This document shows, piece after piece, positions 17,048-25,372 of a stretch of 25,420 bases of DNA. The DNA is from Candidatus Caldarchaeales archaeon (GTDB lineage Archaea > Thermoproteota > Nitrososphaeria_A > Caldarchaeales > Calditenuaceae): contig JAVVGN010000019.1 in the NCBI GenBank assembly GCA_032249095.1, positions 1 through 25,420 on the forward strand. Direction: 5' to 3'. Both the position numbers and the translations under genes were made by a program. Position 1 is the first letter of the stretch. Each line of letters starts with the position of its first letter. The notes beneath the pieces are model-generated. The model did not search any database, was not told the origin of the DNA, and saw only the letters and a list, made by a program, of their open reading frames with translations.

Positions 17048-18025
17048 ATGGTATTAATCCTTAGACGCGGCCAAATTCAATCGCTCATCACAATGCAGGA
17101 CGCTATCAAGGCTGTGGAGAATGCCCTAATCGAGATCGGCGAAAAAATGGTCGTTCAACCCCACCGTCCATATCTTCAAATATCATCTACAGCTGGATTT
17201 TTGCTCAATAGTGGATATCTCAAAAGGCTAGGAGGCGTTGGCGTGAAAATTGCCTCATCTTATGCTGGAAATTTTGAACGAGGTTTACCAACTGTGTCAT
17301 CGCTAATTGTTCTCTTTGACCCGGATACGGGGTTGCCGTTGTCAATCATGGAGGGGGGATATTTAACAGCACTAAAAACGGGGGCTGTAGGTGGTGTGGC
17401 TGTAAAATATTTATCACGTGATGATGCTGAAAATCTCACACTTATTGGAGCTGGCGAGCAAGCCAAGTTCCAATTATTCGCAATTCAGCTGGTACGCCCT
17501 ATTAAAAAAGTTAAAGTTTTATCAAGGAGGAAAGAAAGCGCGGCTCGATTCGCATATGAAATGAGTCGTCGTTTTGGAATAGATATTGAAGTCGCGGAGA
17601 ATAGTAAGTGTGCCCTAAAAGACTCCGACATTATTGTCGCCGCGACTACATCTACTACGCCTGTAATAGTTGGTGAGGAGGTAAGTGAAGGTGTACATAT
17701 CAGCGGGATAGGGTCCTTCACTCCTGAGGCCGCAGAGATAGACGCGCGGTCTTTCGCTCGGTCTGGAAGGGTATATGTAGATAATTTGGAGGCGATTAAC
17801 GTAGGAGACATAAAATTCGCGATCGAAATGGGTGCCATATCATTGGGCGAGGTGTACCACCTCGCTGATGTGATGAGTGGTAGAGTTGTAGGGCGGAAGG
17901 GGCGAAGCGACATAACAATATTCAAATCAGTTGGTGGTGCGGCTTATGATGTCGCCGTAGCTCTACAAACTTACAGGAAGGCTCGTGAAACTGGTGTCGG
18001 GATAGAATTTGATCTTTTATCGTGA
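17048..18025 (+). CDS. Ornithine cyclodeaminase / mu-crystallin family protein
   Basis: 325 aa. It has the Rossmann motif LTLIGAGEQAKFQL, a YLTALKTGAVGG segment and a SVGGAAYDVA segment, all typical of the OCD_Mu_crystall family. It starts 5 nt after the stop of the FAD-linked oxidase gene. Confidence 0.85.
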   Translation: MVLILRRGQIQSLITMQDAIKAVENALIEIGEKMVVQPHRPYLQISSTAGFLLNSGYLKRLGGVGVKIASSYAGNFERGLPTVSSLIVLFDPDTGLPLSIMEGGYLTALKTGAVGGVAVKYLSRDDAENLTLIGAGEQAKFQLFAIQLVRPIKKVKVLSRRKESAARFAYEMSRRFGIDIEVAENSKCALKDSDIIVAATTSTTPVIVGEEVSEGVHISGIGSFTPEAAEIDARSFARSGRVYVDNLEAINVGDIKFAIEMGAISLGEVYHLADVMSGRVVGRKGRSDITIFKSVGGAAYDVAVALQTYRKARETGVGIEFDLLS

Positions 18026-18998
18026 AAGTCTCCCTCATTATTGCTGAATTTTGAGAACCTATGATTCTACCAAAAAAGCCCACAAGCCCATTGGGCATGA
18101 ACTTGAGTGCCAGTATCACCGCGACGCTAAATATTATCTGACTTAGAGCAGCGCTGTATGACCGAATTAACTCAGAGAATGGCCATATTAAATATGCTCC
18201 TATAAATGGTCCAAGGAATGTCCCAAGCCCTCCCAAAACGCTTATGACAATGATTGTACCCATAGTACTAAGATCAGCCATGGCCGGACTTATGTAACCG
18301 ATAATATGGGCATAAAACCCACCCATTAATCCAGCCAAAAAACTCGAGTAGGTAAATGCAAAGAGTTTTATCTTTATGATATTCACACCGTAAACTGCTG
18401 CGGCTTCCTCATCTTCTCTAATCGCCTTCAAAAACATGCCATATCTGGACCTAGTAAAGATGTAGGAAACTAACATGGCGAAAAGCATGAGTAACAAACT
18501 AGCGACATAATACTCATGTAGGCTGAAGAACGGCGACTTTAGTAATAAATACTCTGTCTTCAGACCCGCTTTTCCACCTGTAAGTTTGTATTCTGACTGT
18601 GTAAAGAGGTAAACTATGTAAGAAAACCCGAAGGTTGTTAGGGCAAAGTATATGCCTCTCAGCCTTAGACTAGCCGCCCCAATCCCGAGACCGATTATAG
18701 CAGCTACTGTCCCCCCAAGAAAAATTGATCCAATTGGGTGTATACGTAGAATGTTAACAAGAAAAGCGGAAGAGTACCCACCAACCGCAAGAAGGCCATG
18801 TTGGGCGAAGCTGAACTGTCCTCCGTAGCCTAATACAATGTTCCAACTCATAGCAACCACTGTATAATAATTTGCAAAAATCATAACCCAAACCCAAGAA
18901 GGAGGAAGCGGGAGGATAATAGGCAAAATAAAGAGGATAATAGGCATAATGATAATCAAAGTCTTTAATTGGTTATCATTCCTGATACCCGCGACCAT
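17922..18998 (-). CDS. livM: Branched-chain-amino-acid-type (HAAT) ABC transporter permease, LivM-like, with a non-conserved C-terminal tail
   Basis: 358 aa and polytopic. LivM-like segments are NIVLGYGGQFSFAQ, FAFTYSSFLAGLMGGFYA and GGLGTFLGPFIGA. The last ~45 aa follow the usual ...MPNGLVGFFGR end and are antisense to the OCD-family gene. Confidence 0.8.
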   Translation of the reverse strand: MVAGIRNDNQLKTLIIIMPIILFILPIILPLPPSWVWVMIFANYYTVVAMSWNIVLGYGGQFSFAQHGLLAVGGYSSAFLVNILRIHPIGSIFLGGTVAAIIGLGIGAASLRLRGIYFALTTFGFSYIVYLFTQSEYKLTGGKAGLKTEYLLLKSPFFSLHEYYVASLLLMLFAMLVSYIFTRSRYGMFLKAIREDEEAAAVYGVNIIKIKLFAFTYSSFLAGLMGGFYAHIIGYISPAMADLSTMGTIIVISVLGGLGTFLGPFIGAYLIWPFSELIRSYSAALSQIIFSVAVILALKFMPNGLVGFFGRIIGSQNSAIMRETFTIKDQILSRHQFHEPSCKFVELRRHHKPHHQLI

Positions 18999-19448
18999 GC
19001 GCTGCCACCATATTGTATACTAAGACGAACTTAAAGCATCAGTATATAAGCCTCGCTCTTAATCCGTTACTTGTTGGAGTTTATTGTTTTTTTGGTTACT
19101 GGCCTTTCCGACTGGTGGCTACTCTGTCTAGGCGGTAAGCCGAAAGAATAGCCTCCTCAGACCATATATTGAGGGGCAAAGCCCCTAAACGCGAAGAGCC
19201 TAAATAAAAGGTTCACAGTAGCCTCCGAACAAGCTATGGGTTAAGAGTGAACCAAATAAGCAACGAGGTGAAACTGTTAACTTTAGCCCGTAGAGTACCC
19301 CAGAAAAACCACTGGAAAACCGGCTCTCTCCCTCAAAAAGATAACAGTAATACCTGTTAAAGGTCCGGAAAAGAAAATGAAGTATTTTGAAATGACTTCA
19401 TTGATAATCTTTAATTCAATGTGTTACGGGATAAGATCTGATGAGACA

Positions 19449-20476
19449 ATGCATAGTCAAGAACTTAAAAAGGAATTGGAAAGTATAGTGGGCATAGAAA
19501 ACGTTCATGGCAGCTATTATGACATATCAACAATACATCTTGAACAATATGCCGACGTAATGCAGTTCAGACACCTTTTAGACATGCCAAAATTAGTTGT
19601 AAGACCGTCGACCGCAGAAGAAGTCGTCTCAATAGTACCTCTTACTAACAGATTGAGGGTGCCCATCATACCAATGGGTGGTGCAACCGCGCTTTATGCG
19701 TGGGGGGAGCACTACCTAAACGCACCAACACCATCATTATTGACACTAGAGGACTAAACAGGATCATTGAAATTGACGAGTGCAACTTGACATTAACTGT
19801 AGAGGCTGGAGCTACAATTCAACAAGTAAATACCATACTAAAAAAGGGCCTATGATTCCCCCCATCACCCAAAGAGTTATAGAGCAGCTACTGTCGGGGG
19901 AGCGATAAGTTCAAATGGTGTGGGCCCTTTTATGACTAAGTACGGACGGCCTAGCGAACAAGCGCTTAAATTAAAGGTAGTTTCCTCGCGTGGGGAAATA
20001 CAAGAGGTCGGGAATAAGACCGTGTCTGATAATGCTCAGCGTCTTAGAGAGCTGTTTTTAAGTTCTGAGGGGAGTTCAGGTGTCATCGTGGAAGCCACAC
20101 TCAAAATCTATGAAATCCCCCGCGTACGCCGGATCATGATGTATAGCTTCCGATACATCGATAGTGTGTGTAGGGCTATTAGATGGATTGGCTGCTCAGG
20201 TATCGCACCAGAAGCGGTAATGATCGTAGAAAATGTACGTCTCTACAACGAGGCTCTTTCATATCTGGTTAGCAGTTCAAACGTAGATGTATTCAAGGTC
20301 TTAGAGTGTAGAAAGTTTTACCTCCTACCCTCCCTAGCAGGTGAGCAAGAAATTATCGATACGGCCTTGGCAAGTATCTGGGAAACTATACCGAGATTGA
20401 GCATGGAAACTCACTTCACATATGGCGGCAAATCCGCAAGGAATTGGACCCAGACGCAATATTCGACATCCAATGA
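19449..20476 (+). pseudogene. Decayed FAD-linked oxidase paralogue (at least 3 frameshifts, 2 in-frame stops, internal deletion)
   Basis: By hand translation, MHSQELKKELESIVG...VVRPSTAEEVVSIV...VPIIPMGGATALYA shifts frame near 19703. It continues as GGALPKRTNTIIIDTRGLNRIIEIDE...TVEAGATIQQVN..KKGL, then hits TGA at 19853 and TAG at 19880. A second shift gives AATVGGAISSNGVGPFMTKYG...SSEGSSGVIVEATLKIYEIP (track ORF 19920..20489). A third shift gives IRKELDPDAIFDIQ and stop 20474..20476. The span is 1028 nt, against about 1450 nt for the intact copy. Confidence 0.75.
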
Positions 20477-20590
20477 ACCCTCTGCATGAAAATGCCGGTT
20501 TTAATCTGCAATGTTAGGCAAATGTCTAATTTGAGTAAGTAAAAAATATAAATAATAATAGTTAAATACAGGGAATCTATGTAACAGTCG

Positions 20591-21829
20591 ATGAAAAAAG
20601 TAGCTGTAAACGCGTTAACAAAATCCGTTGCAGCGATAATATCGGCTCTTATAGCGATTTCAGCTGCTACGGTAGGAGTATTATTACTATACGGAGGTTT
20701 CCAAGGGACATCGGAGACAATAAAAATAGGAGTTTTAACACCGTTGTCCGCTCCTGCCGACTTCACTTCAGGGAAGCTGATATTGAGCGTTGCTGAAATC
20801 TTTAGAGATTATGTAAATGAAAAGGGGGGAATAAAGAGTAGACGAGTGGAGCTGGTTGTTGAAGACCAAACACTTGACCCTGCCAAGGCTGTTGCCTCTC
20901 TCCAGAGAATGGTGACGGAGAAGAGGATTGTTGGCCTCATAGGTCCCTGGGAGAGTTTAATCGCACTCCCAGTGGCCAGAGCGACAAATGACTATCCAAC
21001 CATCATGTTTGTAACATATAGCTGGGCCGACGCCATTACTGCTGACAAACCAAAGTATGTCTTCAGGGTCGGTGTCTATAACTCGCTTTTCGCGGCACAC
21101 CTATTAGACTATGTAAAGTGGAGGGGCTATAAACACGTCGCAGTGCTTACGGAGCAGTCGCCTTACGGTTTGGGCTTCAGAGACGCGATGATAAGTTTAG
21201 CGAGGGAGAGGCTTCCAGAGCTCCAGATAAGCAGCGTTGAGGCTCCGCAGGACAAAGTCGATTTCTCTGCCGAGCTCCTCAAGATCAAGGATCTGAAGCC
21301 GCAACTTCTTGTAGTTGCGTTTAACTTGCCCGCCATAGCCCAGATTAATAAGCAGTTCTATGAGCTCGGCCTCGACAAACAGATGGAGATCATACAGGGG
21401 CACGATTGGCCTGCGTGGGATGGAGGTAAGACTTGGTGGGAGACGCTCGGCGAGAAAGGTGTAGGTGGTAGATACCCAACTTACTATAGCCCAAACATGA
21501 AGATATCTCCTGCTTGCGAGGACTTCAGAAGACTATATAAAGAGAAAACAGGAGCGGAGCCTGTACATTGGATTTTCTGGTACTGGGACTCCCTCAGGAT
21601 ACTGCAGAAGGCCATAGAGGACACAGGCTCTACCGATCCCAACGTTCTCGCGAGCTATATCGAAAAAATTGACATGGAAGGCTGTACGGGTAGAATCCGA
21701 TTCGTAAACGACCCCACGCCAGGCTCTCCAATGTGGCACCAGTGGATGGAGATGACCCAGTTCGTGATGGAATTCACTGAGCTCAACCAGCCAGTGGAGA
21801 AAACTAAACAGATATACCCACCGCCCTAA
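20591..21829 (+). CDS. ABC transporter substrate-binding protein, LivK-like (Peripla_BP_6 type) with an N-terminal membrane anchor
   Basis: 412 aa. A hydrophobic N-terminal anchor is followed by IKIGVLTPLSAP......VNEKGGI..RRVELVVEDQTLDPAKAV, typical of Leu/Ile/Val-binding-protein-family SBPs. The upstream region is AT-rich. Confidence 0.85.
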   Translation: MKKVAVNALTKSVAAIISALIAISAATVGVLLLYGGFQGTSETIKIGVLTPLSAPADFTSGKLILSVAEIFRDYVNEKGGIKSRRVELVVEDQTLDPAKAVASLQRMVTEKRIVGLIGPWESLIALPVARATNDYPTIMFVTYSWADAITADKPKYVFRVGVYNSLFAAHLLDYVKWRGYKHVAVLTEQSPYGLGFRDAMISLARERLPELQISSVEAPQDKVDFSAELLKIKDLKPQLLVVAFNLPAIAQINKQFYELGLDKQMEIIQGHDWPAWDGGKTWWETLGEKGVGGRYPTYYSPNMKISPACEDFRRLYKEKTGAEPVHWIFWYWDSLRILQKAIEDTGSTDPNVLASYIEKIDMEGCTGRIRFVNDPTPGSPMWHQWMEMTQFVMEFTELNQPVEKTKQIYPPP

Positions 21830-21847
21830 CAGAATGGTCTTACAGAG

Positions 21848-22747
21848 ATGTCTACACCAGTCAACCCTACACTCTTTTTCGAATTCTTCATAGTTGGCTT
21901 AATTCTTGCCTCTATATACTCACTAATGGCGACCGGCCTAACACTAATCTATAGCATATTAAGAGTTGTCAACTTCGCGTATGGGGAAATATACATGTTA
22001 GGGGGATACGCGTTTTATTTTATGACCACGCTCTTCGGTGCGCCCACTATACTCGGACTCCCAGTAGCCGCTCTAACAGGGTTCGCCGCATCTCTATTGC
22101 TTGAAAGACTAATAGTAAAGGACATCTATAATAGAAATATAGATAGGCCGACTGAGTATGTGGTATTGGGGACATTCGCTGTCACAATCTTTCTGCAAAA
22201 TTTTGCTATCCTCTTATTTGGCCCATTCTTAAAGACCACGCCTCCACTTGTGGAGGGTAAGCTTAGTCTACCTACTTTTTCGATCTCATACGACCGTATA
22301 ATAGCGATGATTGTAGCTTTGACTACCTTAGCGTCATTATACCTTTTCATAAAGAAAACATGGGCTGGCAGAGCGTGGCTTGCGGTTGCCCAAAACCGGG
22401 AGGGGGCGAAAATAATTGGTATAAATGTAGAACGGGTAGGAATGGTCTCGTTTGGGGTTGCAGGGGCGCTTGGAGCCCTAGCGGGGGGTGTCCTAACACC
22501 CGTTTACGGCGTGTATCCAACTGTTGGTACGACCCCATTAGTTATAGGGTTCGTTATAATTGTTATAGGTGGACTAGGCTCGATAAAGGGGAGTCTAATA
22601 GGTGGAGTCATCGTTGGTTTGGTCCAATCACTTATTTCAGGTCTGGCGGCACCTGTGTATGGTGAGATGACACTCTGGATTATTCTTCTATTATGCCTAT
22701 TAGTTCGACCGAGCGGTCTTTTTGGTGAGAGAATTAGAGAGGTGTGA
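21848..22747 (+). CDS. livH: HAAT-family ABC transporter permease, LivH-like
   Basis: 299 aa. Segments: VNFAYGEIYMLGGY, REGAKIIGINV, GGLGSIKGSLIGG. It ends ...VRPSGLFGE. Confidence 0.85.
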   Translation: MSTPVNPTLFFEFFIVGLILASIYSLMATGLTLIYSILRVVNFAYGEIYMLGGYAFYFMTTLFGAPTILGLPVAALTGFAASLLLERLIVKDIYNRNIDRPTEYVVLGTFAVTIFLQNFAILLFGPFLKTTPPLVEGKLSLPTFSISYDRIIAMIVALTTLASLYLFIKKTWAGRAWLAVAQNREGAKIIGINVERVGMVSFGVAGALGALAGGVLTPVYGVYPTVGTTPLVIGFVIIVIGGLGSIKGSLIGGVIVGLVQSLISGLAAPVYGEMTLWIILLLCLLVRPSGLFGERIREV

Positions 22748-22754
22748 CTAGCTA

Positions 22755-23486
22755 CTATGTGTTAAACCACTGCCTCACCACATCGTGAAGTCGTCTCAGA
22801 ATACTTGATGCTTCCTCGCCCAACATAACTCTACCATTATTAAGGACATAACAGTGATCAGAAATTGATAATGCGTCTTTCACGTTCTGGTCAACCAGAA
22901 GTATAGTCTTTCCCATCTCTTTTATTGACGAAATGGTCTCGTAGATTTTAGATGCAAACTTGGGAGATAACCCCGCAGTTGGCTCATCCATGATGAAGAG
23001 TCTGGCATCTAACAAGAGTCCGCGGGCAATAGCCACCATCTTCTGTAGACCACCACTAAGAAGATGTACTTGTGTCTTTCGATATCGTAAGAGGTCGGGA
23101 AGCATTTCTGTTAAGACAGCTTCGATACGTGCTTCTGCGTTTCTATCATCGATACGTAGACTCTTATGCGCTAGCATTATGTTTTCCTCAACAGTGAGTG
23201 TTGGGAAGAGCTGATTATCCTGAGGTACATAACATATCCCAAGCGAAATTATTTTACGTGTTTCCAGCCGAGTTATATCGCTCTCGTCGAATAGTACCCT
23301 TCCCTTAATTTTAGGTATAAGGTTGAGGATGGATTTTAGCAGGGTGGATTTCCCGGCACCATTTGGACCAATAATACACGTCACCTTTCCCTTAAGCACA
23401 TCCAATGTAATATCAGTTATGATAGGTACGTCTCTAAAATAGCCTGCTGAGAGGGACTCAACCTTCAGAAACATGTGATCCACCAA
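22755..23486 (-). CDS. livF: HAAT-family ABC transporter ATP-binding protein, LivF-like
   Basis: 243 aa. Walker A is GPNGAGKST, the signature is LSGGLQKMVAIARGL and Walker B is LFIMDEPTAGLSP. The N-terminal L.VESLSAGY is typical of LivF. Confidence 0.85.
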   Translation of the reverse strand: MVDHMFLKVESLSAGYFRDVPIITDITLDVLKGKVTCIIGPNGAGKSTLLKSILNLIPKIKGRVLFDESDITRLETRKIISLGICYVPQDNQLFPTLTVEENIMLAHKSLRIDDRNAEARIEAVLTEMLPDLLRYRKTQVHLLSGGLQKMVAIARGLLLDARLFIMDEPTAGLSPKFASKIYETISSIKEMGKTILLVDQNVKDALSISDHCYVLNNGRVMLGEEASSILRRLHDVVRQWFNT

Positions 23487-24216
23487 GGTATGCCTCTATC
23501 ACGGCCTCGTCCGCCAGTACTTGTGTTGGCTTACCCTCAGCTATTAGCCGACCTGTATGCATGACACCTATCCTATCGACAATCTCTACGAGCTCACTGA
23601 TGATGTGGCTGACGATAATCACGGCGACCCCTTTCTCTTTTCTGATCATCTGAATATATTCCATCTGCTTTTGCATTATGGTGGGTGAGACGCCGGCAAA
23701 AGGTTCGTCAAGCAGAAGCAATTTTGGATTACACATCAGGGCTCGGCCGAATTCCAGAAGCTTTGCCTGGCCGCCTGAAAGCCTGCCTGCCGGCATATGG
23801 GCAACGTGCTCTAATCCGAGGAATCTCAGTATTTTAGCGACGTCACTCCGTATCTTTCGTTCATCTCTCCCGTTAGCTTTGCCGTATCCCGCTATTATTA
23901 AGTTTGAGTACACATCTAGTTTCTTCCATAATTTTGGTATCTGGAACGTCCTTGCCATTTGTTTATATGCATCAGAGTATGGTGGTTGATTACTTATTTC
24001 AACACCATTAAAAAATATTTCTCCCCCATCAGGCTTGTATATTCCGCTTATGAGATTAAGGAGTGTTGTTTTGCCCGCGCCGTTTGGGCCTATGAGTCCA
24101 TATATCTCCCCTTCCGTTAAGGTCAGAGAGACATTATCGACTGAAACCACTCCCCCGAATCTCTTGGTTACTCCTTTTAATTCTAAAATTTCCATGCGTC
24201 GACGCGATAGTTGCAT
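23458..24216 (-). CDS. livG: HAAT-family ABC transporter ATP-binding protein, LivG-like
   Basis: 252 aa. It has LELKGVTKRFGGV, Walker A GPNGAGKTT, signature LSGGQAKLLEFGRAL and Walker B LLLLDEPFAGVSP. The likely true start is the internal ATG at 24195 (MEILELKG...). It overlaps the livF start. Confidence 0.85.
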   Translation of the reverse strand: MQLSRRRMEILELKGVTKRFGGVVSVDNVSLTLTEGEIYGLIGPNGAGKTTLLNLISGIYKPDGGEIFFNGVEISNQPPYSDAYKQMARTFQIPKLWKKLDVYSNLIIAGYGKANGRDERKIRSDVAKILRFLGLEHVAHMPAGRLSGGQAKLLEFGRALMCNPKLLLLDEPFAGVSPTIMQKQMEYIQMIRKEKGVAVIIVSHIISELVEIVDRIGVMHTGRLIAEGKPTQVLADEAVIEAYLGGSHVSEG

Positions 24217-24487
24217 AACATTGTATTTATATTTTTATCCACTAATTTGATCGTATCCAAATAAGGTTGTCCAATTAGAGGTGTGGGGCGTGGTCATGTA
24301 ATTTACTGACCTTGCTTAAGACCCTTAGACGTCTCTATTCCCCGCTTGAAACACGAATGGCGGCAGCACATCTTTACAGACCTTAAATAAAGCCCCTTTT
24401 TAAGACATTAATCCATTGTAGTCGCTGTTTTGGTCGCCAACCTGATGAGGCCGGGCTCCGCTACTCAGGCTTGATCTTGTAGTAGCG

Positions 24488-25372
24488 GTGGGGAACCCTG
24501 ACATACACTATCTCGCTAGGAATTTAGACGGCCGGCGCCTCATGAAGCTTGACGTGGTGAGACGACACAATACACTGTATATCTATGCGAACGTGTATAA
24601 ATATCGGGCGCTTGTGCAGGTCTGGGGGTTGGCTGAGGCCTGTTTTGCGGAGCCCGAGTATCTGATCTATCAGCCCTACGTGGGGCTTCATGTGGTCTAC
24701 CATGCGCGCCGGATCCTCTATAGGGGTCGGTCGAGGTACCAGAAGATAGACATCATCGAGAACGAGGCCTACGGGATCATGCTCTTCCTAAACAACAATC
24801 TGCAGCACGCAGAGCTGGATGCGGAGATCTTTAACAGGGCGATAACGCGGCCAATCCTTGCGAGGAAGGCGAAGCGCGTCCTGGTGCTGGGCGGGGGAAG
24901 CGGCCAGACCGTAAAGACGCTTCTAAAATCTAGGAGGGTTGAGGCGGTAACGGTGGTTGAGATCGACGAGGAGGTCGTGGAGGCGTGTAAGAGGAACATA
25001 CCGGGGGTTAGGGAGGCGTTGGAGGACAGGAGAACCAGGCTGGTGATAGGGGATGCCTTCGAGTTCATCAGGATAAGCAGGGAGAGCTACGATGGATTGG
25101 TGGTTGACCTGACGGAGGAGAGGCTTAACGATATCGGATCTTTTGAAGAGGTCTACAGGTTTGCCGCGGAGAGATGCAGAGGCCTCGTCTCGGCCTATAT
25201 AGGGTCGACCGCGCCGCAGCTCGACGGGCCCGAGAGGATCAGACGCCATCTCGAGTCCGCTCAGCGCTACCTCGAGAGGTGCAGGGTGAGAAACGTCTTT
25301 ATTCCATCGTTCGGGTCGAGACAAGCCTTCCTCTACGCCGGAGTTCATGAGGGCTCTCGAGGAGGGGTGTAG
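24488..25372 (+). CDS. Spermidine-synthase-like (polyamine aminopropyltransferase fold) protein with non-canonical active-site motifs
   Basis: 294 aa. The SpeE-like layout is YQKIDIIENEAYGIMLFLNNNLQHAELDAEIFNRAI...RVLVLGGGSGQTVKTLLK...VTVVEIDEEVVEACKRNIP...RLVIGDAFEFI...YDGLVVDLTEE. The start is uncertain (GTG 24488 or ATG 24542). Confidence 0.65.
   Translation: MGNPDIHYLARNLDGRRLMKLDVVRRHNTLYIYANVYKYRALVQVWGLAEACFAEPEYLIYQPYVGLHVVYHARRILYRGRSRYQKIDIIENEAYGIMLFLNNNLQHAELDAEIFNRAITRPILARKAKRVLVLGGGSGQTVKTLLKSRRVEAVTVVEIDEEVVEACKRNIPGVREALEDRRTRLVIGDAFEFIRISRESYDGLVVDLTEERLNDIGSFEEVYRFAAERCRGLVSAYIGSTAPQLDGPERIRRHLESAQRYLERCRVRNVFIPSFGSRQAFLYAGVHEGSRGGV

Noticed and set aside
18999-19448. A 450-bp non-coding gap upstream of livM and the oxidase pseudogene. 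I looked for a coxG-like or livH-like gene remnant, and found a 59-codon stop-free stretch on the minus strand and a small AGGGGC-AAA-GCCCCT hairpin at about 19172..19186.
   Set aside because: No frame gave recognisable CoxG, LivH or other motifs. The open stretch lacks a start codon and has odd composition. It may be degraded sequence from the rearrangements, but I cannot support any feature.
24458-24488. A hairpin, CCGCTACT-(15 nt)-AGTAGCGG, overlapping the proposed GTG start of the SpeE-like gene, with a CTGATGA (C-box-like) sequence at about 24445. I considered a C/D-box sRNA or a regulatory stem.
   Set aside because: There is no matching D box (CTGA) at the appropriate distance and no C'/D' pair. 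A single 8-bp stem is not distinctive in GC-rich DNA.
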